Positions 27,150 through 35,690 of a stretch of 64,000 bases of DNA are shown here, piece by piece. How positions within the stretch are numbered: the stretch's first letter is position 1; the number at the start of each line of letters is the position of its first letter. Under the pieces are notes generated by a model. The model ran no database searches. It saw nothing but the letters and a program-made list of their open reading frames with translations, and had not been told where the DNA came from. The stretch is taken from contig CAUYUJ010000214.1 of NCBI GenBank assembly GCA_963575745.1, forward strand, positions 124,001 through 188,000, read 5' to 3'. This DNA is from Prorocentrum cordatum. Its lineage: Eukaryota. The translations under genes were made by a program, and so were the position numbers.

Positions 27150-30100
27150 ATGGCGTTCCGCGCCGCCTCTGTGCTGCTCCTGCTGGCGTCCGGGCAGGCC
27201 GCTGTGACGCACACCAGGTTCGTGTGCGGCCAGCAGACGCAGATCTTCACCTCGACCTCCGCGGACGCCGCGGGTACCGCCGAGTTCTCGGAGATCACCA
27301 CGGAGGACGGCAAGTGCAACATGATCCAGAATGCCAATGTTGCCTCTGTCAAGTTCTGCGGCCCAGGCAAGCTGACACTTTCGCGAATGACCTGCAGCGA
27401 GCACCACGACTACAAGGCACAGATCGTCGAGCACAGCGCGAGCGGTGGAGTACGCCAACGCTTCCACGGGGCAGGCGCCGAGGGGCTGATCTCGGAGCTT
27501 GCCTACCACCTGGTGTGCTACTGGGTGGCAGTCTCCACGGGCATCCTGGCTATGGCGGGGTGGGCGATTGGGTGGATCGCCAGCCGTGCCGCCAGGTGGC
27601 GAGAAGTTGGACGGGTACAATTTTTTCGAATTCATTTCGCACTTCGAGCGGGTCGTGCTCGAGTTCGAGGCGCGCGAGGGCTTCCATCCGCACGCCATAG
27701 ACAACGACATCAGTTGGCTTCTTACTTAGTGGTGATGCGCCGTGGCGGGGGATGGCTACAGCATCATGGGTTACTTGGCAGGTACAGCGCGGGCCTTCGG
27801 CGATGCGCTCGGATGGGCGACCCGTGCGGTGCCCACGGCGAGGCAGATAAGGCCCACCACCTACCTCCACGAGCAGGGGAAGCTGTTGATACTTGTGCCG
27901 CGGGTGCCTCTACCGTCCAGCGGGCGGTGAAGGCCGTGCGGAGCTCTTGCTTTTGTCACGTCAGACGTCGCAGTCATCCCGATGTGTTTCCTGACACAAA
28001 GCGAGCCACAGAGGAAAGCGTACCCAGGCCTGCGGCGGCCCGCTGCCGTATGGCGCACTGCTGCAGCGGTGCCGGGTACGGTATCGACCCCAATTCGGCT
28101 GGCATGGACAGTGTTGGAGGGACCCCTTCAGCATCAACGAGTTCGGCACCAAGCTCGGACCAAGGTACAGGCGTTGACCCTCATCAGTCAGGAGATCATG
28201 CTTGTTTTTCGCACCATTTTGGTTGCGGGGAGTCTGACACGAAGATCGACTTCATGGACGCCTTCTGGCAGCACCCGGGTATGAGAGGGGGGGCTCCGCA
28301 AGATGTGGAGGCGTTATGTTCTGCGCTGAAGAACGTGCTGGATCAGTACGCGTCCCGCCCCACATCAGCCGCCCCAACAAGGTCACGACGGAAGTCTAAA
28401 AGGCAGGAGTCCAAGGCGAGGACCGTCGAGGAGTTGTCGTCCAAGTTAGCCAAGGCGCTAGAGGACGGCAAGAAGGGAGGATGGACAGCCGAGAAGTTGG
28501 TGACCACCATCTCTGACATCATTGGTACGACTGGAGGTACACAGCAGCAGCCGCAGCAGCTGCCGCCGCGCACAGGGCCGCGGCAGGAGCAGCGACAGCA
28601 GCACCACCAGGAAGGCAGAGGGGACAGAGGGAAGGAGGCCACCGCATCGAAGGCAAAGGGAAAGTTGCCGAGGTTAGGAGGCTATGCGAAGGGCCAGGTG
28701 CTCAGCGCTAATGGGCTGCGGCATCTGATCGACGACGGGAAGCTCGACCGGCTACAGGAGGCGATCCTTGTAGTGGCATGCGCTGATGAAGTGCAAGCAT
28801 TGCGGGATCTAGCCAGGTCGAGTGGTATCAAAAAGAGCCTGGGGGTGGTCACGCGTGAAGACCCGGCCATCGAGGGCGTCACCAACCAGAAGAAGTGGCT
28901 CAGGATAGATACCGAGTGCGGAAGGAGTGCCCCACTGGAGGAGCTCTACATCACCCCCCTGAAGGACACAGTGCCCGAGATCCCGGCGGTGGAGGTCCCG
29001 AAGGCGGCAGGCAGTGTGGCAGCAGCGCCCACGAAGGAGACGGAGACCATCAGGATCACCCTTGTGAAGCGCTACGCCTCAGATGAAACTTGGAAGGCCT
29101 CGATGATGACATCGATTCATAGCTTGTGGGACGCGTCCGGCGTGACCCGCACATATGGATTTCGAGCTCTTGAGGGAGGAGAGGAAAGATGCAGGACATG
29201 CTTCGCCACCGTCCAGGCGGGGAAGGTACCTAGCATCCTGAAGCAGTCTGGCCAGGCGGGCTTGTTCGCCGAGCGCCTGGTGTGCAACGGAGGTAGGTCG
29301 GCAGTCGAGTGGGTCACCCAGGACGCCGACGAGGACGATCGGGTCTACCTCAGCCGGGTGTTGAGGCAGGTGGGGAACGATGCCAACGGCTTAGCCTTCA
29401 GGAGAGGAGGGCAAGCACCGCTAGGCTGGAGGCTCCCGGACGGCACCGTGCCGCGCGTTCCTGATCGCGCCCTTCCCTGGGAGATCAAGGGCACGCCGGT
29501 TGATTGGAGCAGTGCCGACGTGACGGGCTTTCTTGAGCAGAACGGCTTCGCCGAGATTGCCATGATGAGACCGAGATGGGGAAAGAAAGGCTGGGTCGTC
29601 AAGGCGAAGGCTCCCTCGGGTACGAAGGAGGCCTCCGCCTACACCATCGCGGACGGCACGGTCATTCACATCGTCAGGGACATTCGGAGACAAGAAGGAA
29701 TGGTTTCGCGCCAGCTATCGGCGCGCCCTGGAGGAGTCAACAAGGACCTCCAGGAGAAGGAGCAGAAAAGGAAGGATGCGGAGAGGGCGGTGGAGCCGTG
29801 GAAGTACGCGCAGGCCCCCCCCGATGACGCCGAGGAGGACATGCCGCCGCAGACTGCCCCGGGGGCCGGGGGCGGCGCCGAAGCCGGCGCTCCCGTCCAG
29901 AGCGAGCTGGCCCAGAGGGTGGCTGCCATAGGCAGCAAAAGGGAAGCTCCAGCACAAGGAGGAAAAGAGAAGTCGAGGAGATCCTTTCCGGCCTCGGCGA
30001 TGGGCTTCAAGACTTGGGACCTCGGTGGCACGGGCGACTGCTTCTACAGGGCGGTGGCCGCGATGGCCGCAATCGAGGATGGGAGAGACAGCCAGCAGAT

Positions 30101-31874
30101 TGAAACCAGGATCAAGCAGCTGGCCGCCAAGATGAGAGCGGAGTCTACCAACTACATCCGCTCCCATGAGCTGTGGAAGGACACGTGGGTCGCCGACACG
30201 CTGTCGAACACCACGTTGGACGACGGCGCTGTACCCACCTGCTGGAAAGAGTGGGTAGACGCAACGGCCAGGGAAAATCGCTGGGTCGACGAGCACGCGG
30301 CTGCGGCACTCTCAGCCCGAGTGGGCCGTCGCATTGTGGTCTTCGTACACGACGGCGGCGGCTGGGTCAAGGGATGGGTCATTTCGCCGCCCGAGCCTAC
30401 CCAGGCGACCACCAACCAGTCGAAGCTGGCAAAGGCAAGGAAGAAAGCCTTGGAGCAGCCACCTCTACCAGTTCTTCTCATGGACTCCCACTACGTGGCG
30501 ATGCGGAAGAAGAGGCCGGAAGATGTGTGGCCCATGGAGTGGGGCGAGGCGCCGAACACGCCGTACGCCCCCAACAAGCTCAGAGGCGCCGGAAGCGACA
30601 CCGACGTCGGGAGCTGGTGCAAGGAGAGCCACAGCAGCAGCCAGCAGGGCCGCACATGTGGTGACATTTACCCGGCCGGCAGCCCGGGTCGGGAAGGCCG
30701 CAGCAGCAACAGCGGGGCCACTCAGAGCCCGCGTGCTTCGCTGTGGTACGCAACGGGAATCCGAGCCAGCCAGGACAAACCTTGGCGGCAGGCGGGCACG
30801 TCGCCGCCGGCTCCCCCGAGCAGCGCCTCAGAGGGAGGTGTCACCAGCTGGTGCAAGCAGAGCGCCTCTTCAGCTTCGGGCAGTGGCGGGGGCAGGAGGA
30901 GGCTGCGAGGAAAGCAAGCGGGCTCGTGGAGGACGAGCCGCCCCATGCCATCGATCCAGGAGGAGGCCGCCAGGGACAGTGACCTGCGCGACATCTCCCC
31001 GACGCAGCCCTTCGTACCTCGGGGGCCGCCTCAGGATCGCGGGGAGGAAGAGGAGGAGGAGGGGCGGGTCTTCGGCCCCGCCACCAGGTTCGAACATGCA
31101 GAGGAAAAGCGGCGGCTGCGGAACAGCAGGCGGCGCGGGACTGCGGCGCTACCACCGCAGCTGGGCTTCCGTCAGCCGAAGGCTACCAGTTGGAGGTGCC
31201 CTGTCGCAGGGTGCTCGTTCGTGGCCACTGGAATATTCGAACATGGCCAAGAGGCACGGCATTACCCAGGAGGGTTTGCGCCACGCAGGAGGGAGGCGGG
31301 GGAGTGGAACTACGACCTGATGATGAGGCAGAAGGCCCGCCACCGCAAGCGTGAGCACCCAGACGTTGACAGGAGGGTGTTCACCACAATGAGGGATCGG
31401 CCAGCGATACTGGTCCCGAAGACGGAGGAGGAGATCAGGCAGCAGCTGGGGCTGGGCGCAGGTGCCGAGATCCCGCTGAGCCTGAAGTCGCACCGCTGCT
31501 CGCGGTGCCAGAAATGGTTTCCCGAGTTCGAGTCGCGGCCGCAGTGCGCCATCAGCATCACGGCTCACAACGAAGCCGAGCATGCAGCAGCGCGGCTGGA
31601 GCTGGGGGCTAAATTCAAGACGACTCGGAGGAAACAGAAGGATCTGGACCTGCAGCGGGCCGCCACGGGCGTCGTCTGCGAGCCAGCCACGGGCCAGGCC
31701 AAGAAACAGTACGCTGCGAGGATGTACGCTGCCCTGCCGCCCGACGCAAAGAAGAGGAGGGTCGAGAGGGCGGCGGAGCTGCAGAGGCACAGGAAAAGCA
31801 GGGCACAGCAAAGTGCCGCCGACGGACACGATGGAGCGCCCGACGCTGAGGCGGGGCGCTCGGGTCTGGAGTGA
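27150..31874 (+). CDS. Chimeric ORF1 (1574 aa): 98 host-derived aa fused in frame to LINE ORF1 with RRM-like region, OTU-like cysteine protease and two C2H2-like Zn fingers
   Basis: Long non-repetitive ORF. OTU-like motifs are WDLGGTGDCFYRAVA (Cys codon 30039), WVDE..AAALS and DSHY (His codon 30489). Zn-finger-like motifs are CPVAGC...HRKREH (31197-31358) and CSRC...HNEAEH (31497-31583). A tentative RRM-like segment WEIKGTPVDWSSADVTGFLEQNGF starts at about 29478. Confidence 0.85.
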   Translation: MAFRAASVLLLLASGQAAVTHTRFVCGQQTQIFTSTSADAAGTAEFSEITTEDGKCNMIQNANVASVKFCGPGKLTLSRMTCSEHHDYKAQIVEHSASGGVRQRFHGAGAEGLISELAYHLVCYWVAVSTGILAMAGWAIGWIASRAARWREVGRVQFFRIHFALRAGRARVRGARGLPSARHRQRHQLASYLVVMRRGGGWLQHHGLLGRYSAGLRRCARMGDPCGAHGEADKAHHLPPRAGEAVDTCAAGASTVQRAVKAVRSSCFCHVRRRSHPDVFPDTKRATEESVPRPAAARCRMAHCCSGAGYGIDPNSAGMDSVGGTPSASTSSAPSSDQGTGVDPHQSGDHACFSHHFGCGESDTKIDFMDAFWQHPGMRGGAPQDVEALCSALKNVLDQYASRPTSAAPTRSRRKSKRQESKARTVEELSSKLAKALEDGKKGGWTAEKLVTTISDIIGTTGGTQQQPQQLPPRTGPRQEQRQQHHQEGRGDRGKEATASKAKGKLPRLGGYAKGQVLSANGLRHLIDDGKLDRLQEAILVVACADEVQALRDLARSSGIKKSLGVVTREDPAIEGVTNQKKWLRIDTECGRSAPLEELYITPLKDTVPEIPAVEVPKAAGSVAAAPTKETETIRITLVKRYASDETWKASMMTSIHSLWDASGVTRTYGFRALEGGEERCRTCFATVQAGKVPSILKQSGQAGLFAERLVCNGGRSAVEWVTQDADEDDRVYLSRVLRQVGNDANGLAFRRGGQAPLGWRLPDGTVPRVPDRALPWEIKGTPVDWSSADVTGFLEQNGFAEIAMMRPRWGKKGWVVKAKAPSGTKEASAYTIADGTVIHIVRDIRRQEGMVSRQLSARPGGVNKDLQEKEQKRKDAERAVEPWKYAQAPPDDAEEDMPPQTAPGAGGGAEAGAPVQSELAQRVAAIGSKREAPAQGGKEKSRRSFPASAMGFKTWDLGGTGDCFYRAVAAMAAIEDGRDSQQIETRIKQLAAKMRAESTNYIRSHELWKDTWVADTLSNTTLDDGAVPTCWKEWVDATARENRWVDEHAAAALSARVGRRIVVFVHDGGGWVKGWVISPPEPTQATTNQSKLAKARKKALEQPPLPVLLMDSHYVAMRKKRPEDVWPMEWGEAPNTPYAPNKLRGAGSDTDVGSWCKESHSSSQQGRTCGDIYPAGSPGREGRSSNSGATQSPRASLWYATGIRASQDKPWRQAGTSPPAPPSSASEGGVTSWCKQSASSASGSGGGRRRLRGKQAGSWRTSRPMPSIQEEAARDSDLRDISPTQPFVPRGPPQDRGEEEEEEGRVFGPATRFEHAEEKRRLRNSRRRGTAALPPQLGFRQPKATSWRCPVAGCSFVATGIFEHGQEARHYPGGFAPRRREAGEWNYDLMMRQKARHRKREHPDVDRRVFTTMRDRPAILVPKTEEEIRQQLGLGAGAEIPLSLKSHRCSRCQKWFPEFESRPQCAISITAHNEAEHAAARLELGAKFKTTRRKQKDLDLQRAATGVVCEPATGQAKKQYAARMYAALPPDAKKRRVERAAELQRHRKSRAQQSAADGHDGAPDAEAGRSGLE
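27430..27444 (+). repeat. Left target-site duplication (15 bp)
   Basis: AGCACAGCGCGAGCG, identical to 35676-35690. Confidence 0.95.
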
Positions 31875-34800
31875 CGCCAGGCCGCCGACGGGCCCCCCTC
31901 CCGGCCCCTGCTGCCGCCTGCCCGTTTCAGAGAGGCAACGGCAAGCGGAGGGGGGAAGGGTCCGGCGCCGGCGCCTCCTGGCGCGACCCGCTCCTTGCGA
32001 GGAGGTGGAGGAGGAGGAATGGCAGCAGGGCAGCTCCTCAGCTGCTGGAGTTGCAACGTGCGTACGTTCGGGGCTGCCTGGGTCGCTGCCGATGCCGCCC
32101 TCAGCGAGCAGCAGGACGTGATCATGCTTCAGGAGACGTCCCACACCAGGGATGAGTTCATCCGATACCAGAACTCGTTCTCGAGGCGGGGATTTGCAGT
32201 TTACCAGGCGCCAGCCTGTGCCAGGAAGGACGGGCGACCAGTCGGCGGCGTGCTGGCCCTGGTGTCCAAGCGCCACAGGCAGCGCTTCCTCTGGAAGAGG
32301 GCGGGGCCCGGGGGGCAGGTGCTCGCGGTCGAGGTCGCGGGCCAGGTCCTCGCCAACACCTATGTCCACCCCGACGGCCACGCGCAGGGGATCATCGACG
32401 GGATTGACCACGATTTCTGCGTGGACAACACGACCAGGTGGGTCGCCTGTGGCGACTGGAACGAGGTCCCAGGGAAGCTCACCGCACCACCCTTCGTTGA
32501 GCAGAAGGGCGTCAGCTCCGCGGCCGGCGAGTGGACGCCCACCAGATACAAGGATCCATCGGGGAGGCAGCCGAGGCCGATCGACTACGCCTTCGTCTTC
32601 AATTCCGAGGTGGACTCCTTCGATTTCGCCAACTACCAGCTATCCGACCACAAGGTCATCTGCTTCAGCTTGCGGGCCCCCCCGGGAGGCATCGCCACGG
32701 AGGTCCGGCTGAGGCCGCACGTGCAGTACGGCAGGCCGCCCGGGGTCCCACAGGACACCTGGGTGGAGGTCACCCGCCGCCTGTGGGAGGACAGGCAGCA
32801 CGACCAGAGGAACTGCCCACACGAGCCGGGCTCCAGGAGCGCGCAGCAGTGGGTGAACACCGAGTGGAAGAGCTTCACCGCCGCCCTGGCGGAGACGCTG
32901 GACGAGGCCGCGGCCCATCTTGCCACCCCCAGCGGCGAGCGCAGGGGCGAGGAGGAGGAAGAGGTCGACGTGGCCGACGGGGCGTGGAGGGCTGCCGACT
33001 ACACTGGCGCCCCGCTCTCCTCGGAACGCGTGCCGTCCAGGCGCACTGTGGAGCGCCGCCGGCCCCGGAGGCAGGAGGTGCCCAAGGGCGACGTGAGCAC
33101 GCACGAGGTTCAATGGTCGAAGCTGCAGGCGACGGCCGCTGGAAGCTTCAGACAGAGAAGGTGCGCCAACACTTTGGGACGGTTGCGGAGGCTTCTGTGG
33201 CTCGAGAGCCACGGCCAGGGCCGCTCAGACGAGGCGCGCGAGCTGCGAATCAGGTGCGACCGGGCCGATGCCACCCTCGGCCTGGGGAGCGCCGCGGAGG
33301 AACAGCAGCTGCTGGACAGGACCAGGCAGCTGGAGGCGAAGATTCTCCTCTTCGAGCACAAGATGCGTCAGCTGCAGGAGGACGACCGCCAGGAGCGGAT
33401 AGAACAGTGGAAGACATCCATGAAGGAGGATCGGCGGGCCCACCAGTGGCTCCGAGGCGTGATGCCCACGGACCCCGCCGTGTCCGACGAGCAGGGAAAC
33501 GTCTCCAGGTCCAAGTCCGAGGCCCTGGAGTTCTTGAAGCAGCGCTGGCGGCGGGTCTGGGATCGCCCCAAACCCGACCCGGCCCGCTGGCAGGATTATC
33601 TGGCCGCTCACCTGCCCTCCCGCGCCGACGACGAGGCCGTCTGGCGGCCGCTGGACGAGGGCGAGGTCAGGACAGCCATGGAAAGGCTGAGGGGCTCCTC
33701 CGCGGGGCCCGACGGCTGGCTCGGGGCCGAGCTCTGCGACGCCCTCTGCGCCCTTGGTGCCATCACCTTCCTCCTCAACCAGTTCGAGACCCTCGGGCTG
33801 GTGCCAGACGAGTGGAAGGCCATGAGACAGGTACACATCCCCAAGGACGACACCGACGAAGGGCCCGTGAGCACAGCCTCGCTGCGGCCCATCTCCGTGA
33901 CATCGTCCTGGTACAGGCTCTGGGCGTCGGCGCGCTTCCGCTCGCACGACTGCTCCGAGTGGATTGACACGTGGTGGGACGATGCCATGCTGGGAGCCCG
34001 GAAGGCCGCGGAGGCCCACGAGGGCATAGCATGGGCAGTGGGGGCTGCTGCCGCGGGCAAGTACCTCACCAGCTGGGACTTTTCTCTGGCGTTCGACCAC
34101 ACCGACCCAGAGATTGCGGCCAAGGCTTTCGACACGCTCGGAATGCCGTCGAACGTGAACAACATGCTGTCCGAGATGTGGTGCCACCAGCTCCGCTGGC
34201 TACAACTTGGACAAGCTGTACACCCCGAGCCACAGCGCGTGGCCAGCAGCTTGCCTCAGGGGGACCCCTTCTCCCCTCTCGGCCTGTCGGCCGTGCTGCT
34301 GGCGCCGCTGCTCAGGCTCCGGCACACCTGCCCCGGCGTGGACTGCAGGCTCTACGTCGATGACAGGACCTGGGCGGCGGACACCGCCGCCGACTTGAAG
34401 GCAGGAGGCGATGTCTGGTGCGACGCCTCGGACGTCTTCGGATTCGTGGAGAACGAGGGTAAAAAGCAGTGGCTGCACAAGACGCCACACGGGAGGAAGA
34501 GGCTCGAGGAGGATGGGATCGATGGCACCTGCATCGTCGACTCCGCGACGGTCCTCGGGGCGAAGATCACAGGAGGAGTGAGGAGGAAGGCTTCGAGGAA
34601 GGAGAGGAGGAAGCTGGAGGAAGCGAAGCGTCAGCTCAGGAGAGCGGCCAAGCTCCCGACGGCCCCGCGGGACAGGCTGAGGGTCGCTGCAGCCGGGCCT
34701 TTGGCCAAGGGGTGTTGGGGATGGGTCGAGGGCCCGCCCAACCAGCTTGACACTCGGCAGGCCGATGCGGCCGTGGCACGGGTCGCCAGGGCCCCCAAAG

Positions 34801-35675
34801 CTGCTTTGGTTCCACTTCGGCGGCTGTTGCTGGGACACCGAGCAGATCTCAGGTACAGAGCGTCGCACGACGCCGTGGTCGCATGCGCCCGCGTGGAGCG
34901 CAAGGATCGAGGACGGGGCAGCATCACAGACGTGCCCTGGACACAGCAGGGAACAAAGGGCCTCCCGGCCGCGTTCGACCGCCACTTGTCCTGGACGGGG
35001 TGGAGGAGGACGCCGGAGGCCTGGACCTGGGAGCACGCAGAGCTCCCGGAGGCCGTCTTCTCGCTGAGACGGGGCTCACCCCACTGGAAGGAGCCGCGGT
35101 GGCTGGGACACCTCCTCCGGGAGGCCTGGCGCTGGAGGCTGCACAAGGACGCCATCGACTCGGCGAGGCACGAGGCGGTGCAGGTGCGGGGCTGGGGCGC
35201 AGGCGGCTACGATCCAGTGAGGATCAAGGCCGTCCAGGACCTCGCCCAGACGAAGGGCAACAAGGCGATGCGAGTCCTCTCGGGGGCCATCGTGTCGCCT
35301 CTGTGTGTGACGCGCGCCGACGGCCTGCCCGACGGGCAGTGCCCCTGGTGCCGGGCGTCACTCGGCAGCCACGACCACCTCGCGTGGCAGTGCGACGGGC
35401 TCGCACAGGAGCGTCCGGCCGGGGCGCTGCCCGCCGACGCCATGCAGAGGAGGTTCTTCTGGACCACTGGCAGGAAAGAGCGCTCCGCCGTAGACGCCAA
35501 GATCTTCGAGTGGGGCCTCAGGCTTGATGATATCCTCATCAACTGGAGGTACTCGTCCGACGGCTTCCTGGAGCAGTTCGGGCGACCCCAGGAGGTAGCC
35601 TAGCCCGCGGGGTTCCCGTGCGGGCCAGACGCTGCTCGGTCATCCAGACGGCTGGCCAGCGAGATCAAGCTTTTC
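27445..35675 (+). mobile_element. Non-LTR retrotransposon (APE-type LINE), 8231 bp, coding capacity apparently intact, possibly 5'-truncated
   Basis: Bounded by a perfect 15-bp TSD AGCACAGCGCGAGCG (27430-27444 and 35676-35690). Encodes an APE endonuclease, RT and CCHC finger, plus a long upstream ORF. Confidence 0.95.
31995..35603 (+). CDS. LINE ORF2: APE endonuclease + reverse transcriptase + C-terminal CCHC Zn finger (first ATG at 32019)
   Basis: APE motifs: SCNV, DVIMLQET, NTYVHP, GDWN, IDYAF, SDH (32643-32651). RT motifs: AGPDG, LRPISV, WDFSLAFD, LPQGDPFSP (34251), YVDD (34353-34364). CCHC motif: CPWC-x7-HLAWQC (35340-35393). No internal stops. Confidence 0.96.
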   Translation: MRGGGGGGMAAGQLLSCWSCNVRTFGAAWVAADAALSEQQDVIMLQETSHTRDEFIRYQNSFSRRGFAVYQAPACARKDGRPVGGVLALVSKRHRQRFLWKRAGPGGQVLAVEVAGQVLANTYVHPDGHAQGIIDGIDHDFCVDNTTRWVACGDWNEVPGKLTAPPFVEQKGVSSAAGEWTPTRYKDPSGRQPRPIDYAFVFNSEVDSFDFANYQLSDHKVICFSLRAPPGGIATEVRLRPHVQYGRPPGVPQDTWVEVTRRLWEDRQHDQRNCPHEPGSRSAQQWVNTEWKSFTAALAETLDEAAAHLATPSGERRGEEEEEVDVADGAWRAADYTGAPLSSERVPSRRTVERRRPRRQEVPKGDVSTHEVQWSKLQATAAGSFRQRRCANTLGRLRRLLWLESHGQGRSDEARELRIRCDRADATLGLGSAAEEQQLLDRTRQLEAKILLFEHKMRQLQEDDRQERIEQWKTSMKEDRRAHQWLRGVMPTDPAVSDEQGNVSRSKSEALEFLKQRWRRVWDRPKPDPARWQDYLAAHLPSRADDEAVWRPLDEGEVRTAMERLRGSSAGPDGWLGAELCDALCALGAITFLLNQFETLGLVPDEWKAMRQVHIPKDDTDEGPVSTASLRPISVTSSWYRLWASARFRSHDCSEWIDTWWDDAMLGARKAAEAHEGIAWAVGAAAAGKYLTSWDFSLAFDHTDPEIAAKAFDTLGMPSNVNNMLSEMWCHQLRWLQLGQAVHPEPQRVASSLPQGDPFSPLGLSAVLLAPLLRLRHTCPGVDCRLYVDDRTWAADTAADLKAGGDVWCDASDVFGFVENEGKKQWLHKTPHGRKRLEEDGIDGTCIVDSATVLGAKITGGVRRKASRKERRKLEEAKRQLRRAAKLPTAPRDRLRVAAAGPLAKGCWGWVEGPPNQLDTRQADAAVARVARAPKAALVPLRRLLLGHRADLRYRASHDAVVACARVERKDRGRGSITDVPWTQQGTKGLPAAFDRHLSWTGWRRTPEAWTWEHAELPEAVFSLRRGSPHWKEPRWLGHLLREAWRWRLHKDAIDSARHEAVQVRGWGAGGYDPVRIKAVQDLAQTKGNKAMRVLSGAIVSPLCVTRADGLPDGQCPWCRASLGSHDHLAWQCDGLAQERPAGALPADAMQRRFFWTTGRKERSAVDAKIFEWGLRLDDILINWRYSSDGFLEQFGRPQEVA

Positions 35676-35690
35676 AGCACAGCGCGAGCG
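35676..35690 (+). repeat. Right target-site duplication (15 bp)
   Basis: AGCACAGCGCGAGCG, identical to 27430-27444. The host reading frame resumes immediately after it. Confidence 0.95.

Noticed and set aside
30897..30920. RRLRGKQ as a further OTU cleavage site
   Set aside because: Has Lys rather than a small residue after LRG; more likely a basic or NLS-like motif.
31149..35542. Antisense and alternate-frame ORFs overlapping ORF2 (e.g. 32531-33967 +, 33225-34187 -)
   Set aside because: Shadow ORFs caused by the high GC3 of the true coding frame.
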